A stretch of DNA of 64,000 nt from Mobula hypostoma. Taxonomy: Eukaryota. The DNA is taken from NCBI RefSeq assembly GCF_963921235.1, contig NC_086100.1, forward strand, positions 167,090,001 to 167,154,000, read 5' to 3'. The stretch's first letter is position 1; each line of letters opens with the position of its first letter. Below, in pieces: positions 58,815 through 64,000 of this stretch. The position numbers were made by a program, and so were the translations under genes. The notes under the pieces were generated by a model. That model had not been told where the DNA came from. It worked only from the letters and a program-made list of their open reading frames with translations, and ran no database searches.

Positions 58815-60760
58815 CTAAAAAAAAAACAAAGTCATTAGGCACCAATGCCAAACCCACTGCATGAGTAGAACATGTAATCAGCAAGCAATTTGTTACATCC
58901 ACAACTCCTTCAAAACAGTATGTTTAGCCCCATTCCCAATTTCCCCAAAACCCCATAAATTTGGCCTCATTTACCTATCCCATTCACCCTTTGAAAGTCT
59001 GAGCTTCCACTATGCATACAGGAGCATGCAGATTAGTGTCCCCCCCCCCCAACACAAACATAGAATTGAGCTGTAGGTGCTGCTACAGAAGTCAACCTTG
59101 TACAACAAATCCACTTCTGCAATTTTGGCCATATGTAACTAATCACAGTGTACTTACCACCTCCTGCAATGGTGGCCTTGATTAAAGAATCCAACTCTTC
59201 ATCACCACGGATAGCAAGCTGCAAGTGACGAGGGGTAATACGCTTCACCTTTAAATCTTTGGACGCATTTCCTGCAAGCTCCAGCACCTGGGGGAATATA
59301 GGCAAATTAAACATGGGCAGATAATACAGCTCCACCTCCCACCCCTAAAGCCTAGCAAGTCATAACCAGGTATCATGAAGAGCCAGCACTGCAAATACAC
59401 AAGCTAATACAAGGATTGGGACATGAAACTTCAAAACACTGATTAGTCCACACTTTGTCAGGTGGAGGCAATTCACCAGGATGTTGCCTGGATTGAAGTT
59501 CTTTATTATGGGTAAAAACTGGGTTTGATATCCCTGGAGCGAAGGAAGTCCAGGGAAATAGAGAGAATAAAAGCACAAGCATAGATTAGAGCCTAGGCAT
59601 ATCAAAAACGGTATAGGATTAAAGTGACAGTAAGGGGAGAAGTTTTATTATAGACAGGCATTAATAAATGGAATGCACTGCCAGGTGGGGGAACCATATT
59701 CACTACATATTCAGCAACTTCCCTACATCAGATTTCTGAGTGCTTCATTTTATTATTTAATGTAATTCCTTTACCACAGAATTTTTTGTAATCAACTTAT
59801 TGCACTGTGCTACCACTGCAAAACAACAGTTTTCACATCACCCCACTCAGTGATGGCAGGCCGGATACAAACAAGGTATACAGTATATTCGACCCAATGC
59901 AGGCAAATACAAACCATGCTCTCAACCCAAAACATCTACCATACTTATACCTCCACAACCCGGAGCTCCTCTAGCATTAATTTACTAAAGCCTAGATCGC
60001 CATAAGGGTTAGGATAGAGCCGGGCTAGAAAACCATTCAGCTCCTCAAACTTGATCTGTCCCAGGCCTCAACTACTCCAATTGCTAAAACTACCCACCAA
60101 ATATCGACCTATCTCCCCACGGGCCGAGGATGTCTCCCCAATCCCGGAAGACTACAATCCTACTCATGGAGAAGCTCACACCGACCGAGTTCCCTCACAC
60201 CGGTCTGCGCCGGCTGCCTAATACCGCCCCCATCCCCCTCTTACCTCGGCGGTCAGGTACTCCAGAATAGCCGCGCTGTAAACGGCCGCCGTAGCGCCCA
60301 CTCGGCCGTGACTCGTCGTCCTCGACTTCAGATGCCGGTGGATGCGACCTACCGGAAACTGCCGTGGAAGGAGAAACAGCAGATTTACTCGCCCGTGCCG
60401 CGCACCCGCTCTCCCCTCCCCCACACGGCCGCCGTGTTTTTTTTCGGTTTAATTGTTTGGTGGGCGGTACCCGCCCGCGCGCCCGCCAGCAGCCCGCGGC
60501 TCGAGCCAAGATCACGGGGTCAGCGCGCAGCGCCCTGCACTGACCTGCAACCCGGCTCGCTGTGAGCGGGAAACCGCTTTGGTTTTCGCCTTGCCAGAGT
60601 CTTTACCCGCTTTTCCGCCAGCCTGCCAAGGAAGGAAAGAGAAAAAAAATGGTTATAAAGGTAGCTAATAGTAAACGTGAGGAAAGGAAAAATACGCGGA
60701 GGAATTTTCCTGCGGGAGCGGTTAATGCAGGTGGGCCTGCGGCCTTGTGGCGCTCACCAT
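58753..60760 (-). CDS. H2AZ1: Histone H2A.Z.1, 5 exons, 387 nt / 128 aa
   Basis: Exons 60760-60758 (ATG), 60622-60545, 60358-60245, 59287-59158 and 58814-58753 give [42 protein letters not shown]...[10 protein letters not shown]14/S38/V127 indicate Z.1 (H2AFZ), and the gene is adjacent to DNAJB14. Confidence 0.97.
59158..59287 (-). CDS. H2AZ1: H2AZ1 exon 4 (130 nt)
   Basis: [43 protein letters not shown]. Confidence 0.97.
60245..60358 (-). CDS. H2AZ1: H2AZ1 exon 3 (114 nt)
   Basis: [38 protein letters not shown]. Confidence 0.97.
60545..60622 (-). CDS. H2AZ1: H2AZ1 exon 2 (78 nt)
   Basis: [26 protein letters not shown]. Confidence 0.96.
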
Positions 60761-60833
60761 TGCCGCCGCGTGTCAACAGTACCCAGCCGTTTTTTTTAAA
60801 CGCTCTGCGCTCCCGCCTCTGCGTTGGCCGTCT

Positions 60834-61080
60834 TATTTATAGTCAGCTCGACTGACATCCGGGCTAGTGGAATCAGGACTAACAACCAATGAATGGCTGC
60901 GCAGTTTTCGGGGATGAGCCAATCGGAAGCGACGGAGCCAGCGGTTGGGGTGGGACAATGCGGCGTGCGCGGGACTGGAGCTGGGGGAGGGGGGAAGGGG
61001 GGAAGGAATGTGCGCGCGCGCGTTCGCGAGGTTGCATGGCGCGGCCCCGAAGAGTGCACGTGGCGATGCGCGCCAAACCT
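60834..61080 (-). promoter_or_regulatory. H2AZ1 promoter: TATA box, two CCAAT boxes, GC-rich tract, CACGTG E-box
   Basis: TATAAATA 60841-60834; CCAAT 60886-60890 and 60919-60923; CACGTG 61057-61062; CpG island ~60100-61100. Confidence 0.8.
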
Positions 61081-61414
61081 GCAAGTGAAAACTCTAAAAG
61101 GACACTCTGAATTTTAATACAATTGGGGCTGTACAGTATGCATGCAAGTACGTTCCTTCTCACATAGAAGTGCACGTCTTAATTGCAAAGAGTCAAATTA
61201 CGTGGGAATGGTGGGATAACTTGAGATGAAAAATTAAAATGTGAAGGAAAAGGGGGAAATAATTTACAAAATATAGCCTGCACTAAATATATAGAGAAGG
61301 ACAAGAACATAAAATACATTGCTAAAAATTTATGCGTTGAAAATATTGTGAGAAAGAGCATTCTCCGGGATCGGTGCAGGGAAGCAAACTGGGTTAAAGA
61401 TATAGAGAGAAAGA

Positions 61415-61710
61415 CTTGCATTTCTTTTGCATCCTTAACTATTTCAGTGTACAGCTGACGCGTGATTTACACAGTAGCCAGGTACTTTCTAGAGAGTAAT
61501 CGTGTTTATAATGAAGGGCATACGGCAGATTATGCATAACATGCTCCCAAAGTATCGGTGGGATAAAGACCCGATAATCTGCGTTTGTAGTGATACTAGT
61601 TGAGAGATAAGTATTGGCCAACCGAGTTCCAGAGTCAACTCTATTGCTACACTCCAAAATAATGCTAAAGGGCTTTTTACATTGTTTTGAAAGGTTTAAT
61701 GTCAAGAATG
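61415..61710 (-). mobile_element. Ancient Deu-domain SINE (SacSINE1/AmnSINE-like) remnant
   Basis: Recognised from memory by the ordered motifs GAGATAAGTATTGGCCA, AATAATGCTAAAGGGCTTTTTACA and GGTTTAATGTC; similar remnants at ~28935-29055 and ~39160-39260. Confidence 0.45.
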
Positions 61711-62399
61711 TTCTTCTGGAATAAATTTTATTTTACCTTCATAAAACAGTGAATGTCCATCAATTGGTAAATGTGTGATCATCTTATCCAGTGGCTCTAT
61801 AAATCTAAATGAATTTCAGTCGTCCAAAATTAATCATGTTTTGAAAATGAATAAGGATTTCATACCATATATACATAATTTATTATGTGTATGTTTCGTA
61901 TGTAACATTGTGCACACAACCTGACCGAATAAGATCTTTGAGTAAATGGTTTACACCTTGCTTTACCCCTTGTGTCTCAAGTGTGTTAAGTCTGTTCAGT
62001 AAAAGACTTCACTGGAGATTATGACTGATTTACATTGGAAACAAGACGGGATACACACAGTCACAATCATCAAAAGTGACAAAGCTTTCAAGGATGTTGA
62101 GTAACTTTGAGACTGTGTAGTGAGAGCAAGTTTAAGAAGCTCATGTTTAATCACAGCAAGTCTTAAATGAAGACTTGGGAAAGAAGAAAGATATTGGCCG
62201 CAAAAAATTGCAATATAGAAATGGACTCTAAAAATGGTTGCCACTAAACACAAGTATAAATGTTGTATATGGATCAACACCAGTAGTGATTATGGGAGCC
62301 TTGATTTTGAGTCAGGTGAGTTAAGTTGAGTGATGTTAAAAATGGAACTAATGGGAAGCAATTAACATTTAAATGGGAATCATTTAATGCAACATATTA

Positions 62400-62970
62400 C
62401 AGCACCATTCACCCCCTACCTTACCTCCATTCAGGGCCCCAAACAGTCCTTCCGGGTGAGGCAACATTTCACCTGCAAATCTATTGGGGTCATCTATTGT
62501 ATCCGGTGCTCCTGATGTGGCCTCCTCTGCAATGGTGAGAAACGATGTATATTGAGGGACTGCTTTCTTAAGCACCTCCGCTCCATCTGCCAAAAGCAAA
62601 ATTTTCCAGTGGCCAACCATTTTAATTCCTCACCCCATTCCCTTCTGACATGTCTGTCCATGGTCTCTTCTTTAGCCGTGATGAGGCCATTCTCAGGGTG
62701 GAGGAGCAACACCTCATATTCCATTTTAGTAGCCTCCAACCTGATGGCATTAATATCAATTTCTCCCTCTGTATTTTTCCCTCGCCCTTCCCTCTTCTTC
62801 TATTTCCCACTCTGGCCTTTTACTTCTTCTCCTCATTTGCCCATCACCTCCCCTCCTTCTTCCCTTTCTCCAACAGCAACTGTGTATTAATTTCCATAAA
62901 ACTGCCTGACCTGCTGAATTCCTCCAGCATCTTTTGTGTGTTACTCTGAATTTCCAGATATGCTGAATCT
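62400..62970 (+). mobile_element. Old Penelope-like GIY-YIG fragment
   Basis: Degenerate homolog of 37888-38334 (QGPKQSFRVRQHF, HLRSICQKQNFPVANHFN, EEQHLIFHFSSLQPDGIN). Confidence 0.8.
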
Positions 62971-63819
62971 ATTGTGTTTATAATTAGAGCATCATGATGA
63001 TTTAATTGTAGAAAATGAGGGAAATAGTCCATGTGCAGAGCTAAACAGGGCAAGGCAAAATAGTGGCAGTTTAACATTGTCCCAACAGAAAGAAAACAGT
63101 TCTAGCCGCAAATCACAGAAGAAAGGTTTAAATGAATTTGAAAAGGAAAATCTACATTAATCAAATAGCATAACACCATAAGCAGTGAAAGCTTGAAATA
63201 AACTAAATTATTGGAGCAGTCAATAAGGCTTTGATTTAATTGTTGATACAGCCACTGACTGTTTTGTCATGGAAAGAGATATGTATGACCACAAGTTTAG
63301 TAAAATACAATTAGCAAAAATCACTTTGAAGCTGAGAAGCATTATGTGGGTCCCGAAAACATTGAATCAATGAAATCTATGGTCCTCCATTATGGACGAA
63401 AGGGAAGCCTGCCAGTCTAGATAAAGAGTCTTGACTCAAAAATCAACTCTCCGTTTCTCTCCCCACATGCTGTTTGGCCCACTGATTTCTTCCAGCATCA
63501 TTGTTGTCACTACCAACTATACTGGTTGATTTTGCAAATAAATTAACTTTTCTTGGGAGTGACTAGCTGAAGGTGTTATGGACTGAAATAGCATATTTGC
63601 TGTGAATATATTATGGACATGTTTAAAAATACTTCTGGAATAATATGAATCTACATTCAAGGATTTTTATAGGGCATCATATGAATATCAAACAAAATGC
63701 CTAGCCAATCTATTATAAACCTAGGTATAATCTTTATGTACTGGAAACTTAGTAAGAAAAGCCAAGCTGAACAGGAGTGGCACAAGGCACTGGTGACTGC
63801 TCTTAGAAATTTGCAGATT

Positions 63820-64000
63820 CAACACGTAAATCTTTGACAAACCTCTATAGATGTACAGTGGACAATATCCTGATCAGTTGCATCATGGCCTAGTATGGAA
63901 TTACCAATGTCCAAGAATGGAAAAACCAACAAAAGGTGATGGATGCAACCCAGTCCATCACAGGTAAAGCCCTTCCCACCACTGAGTACATGGAGCGCTG
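63820..64000 (+). mobile_element. Rex1/Babar-like LINE fragment running off the window
   Basis: LTNLYRCTVDNILISCIMA..., similar to 31600-31800. Confidence 0.55.

Noticed and set aside
1-64000. CRISPR arrays or prokaryotic operons/defence systems
   Set aside because: The sequence is intron-containing vertebrate DNA with no regularly spaced repeat-spacer array.

Overview
Vertebrate genomic DNA, very likely from a cartilaginous fish and probably a ray (inferred from the CR1/Rex1/Penelope/SINE repertoire). It carries three spliced minus-strand genes in the order known from human 4q23. These are the 5' part of LAMTOR3 (exons 1-3, promoter with three CLEAR/E-box palindromes), complete DNAJB14 (8 coding exons, 380 aa) and complete H2AZ1 (5 exons, 128 aa, H2A.Z.1 residues T14/S38/V127). 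Most of the rest is transposon-derived: two decayed Tc1 elements, an L1, young and old CR1s, Rex1/Babar LINEs including a three-layer nest, and tRNA/Deu SINEs. The most striking structure is five young palindromic Penelope-like insertions. Each has two inverted 3' ends pointing outward, 12-16 bp target-site duplications and minimal hammerhead ribozyme motifs, usually on both strands, and all lie in introns of LAMTOR3 or DNAJB14. All coordinates were read by eye; exon boundaries should be close to exact, while repeat boundaries are approximate.
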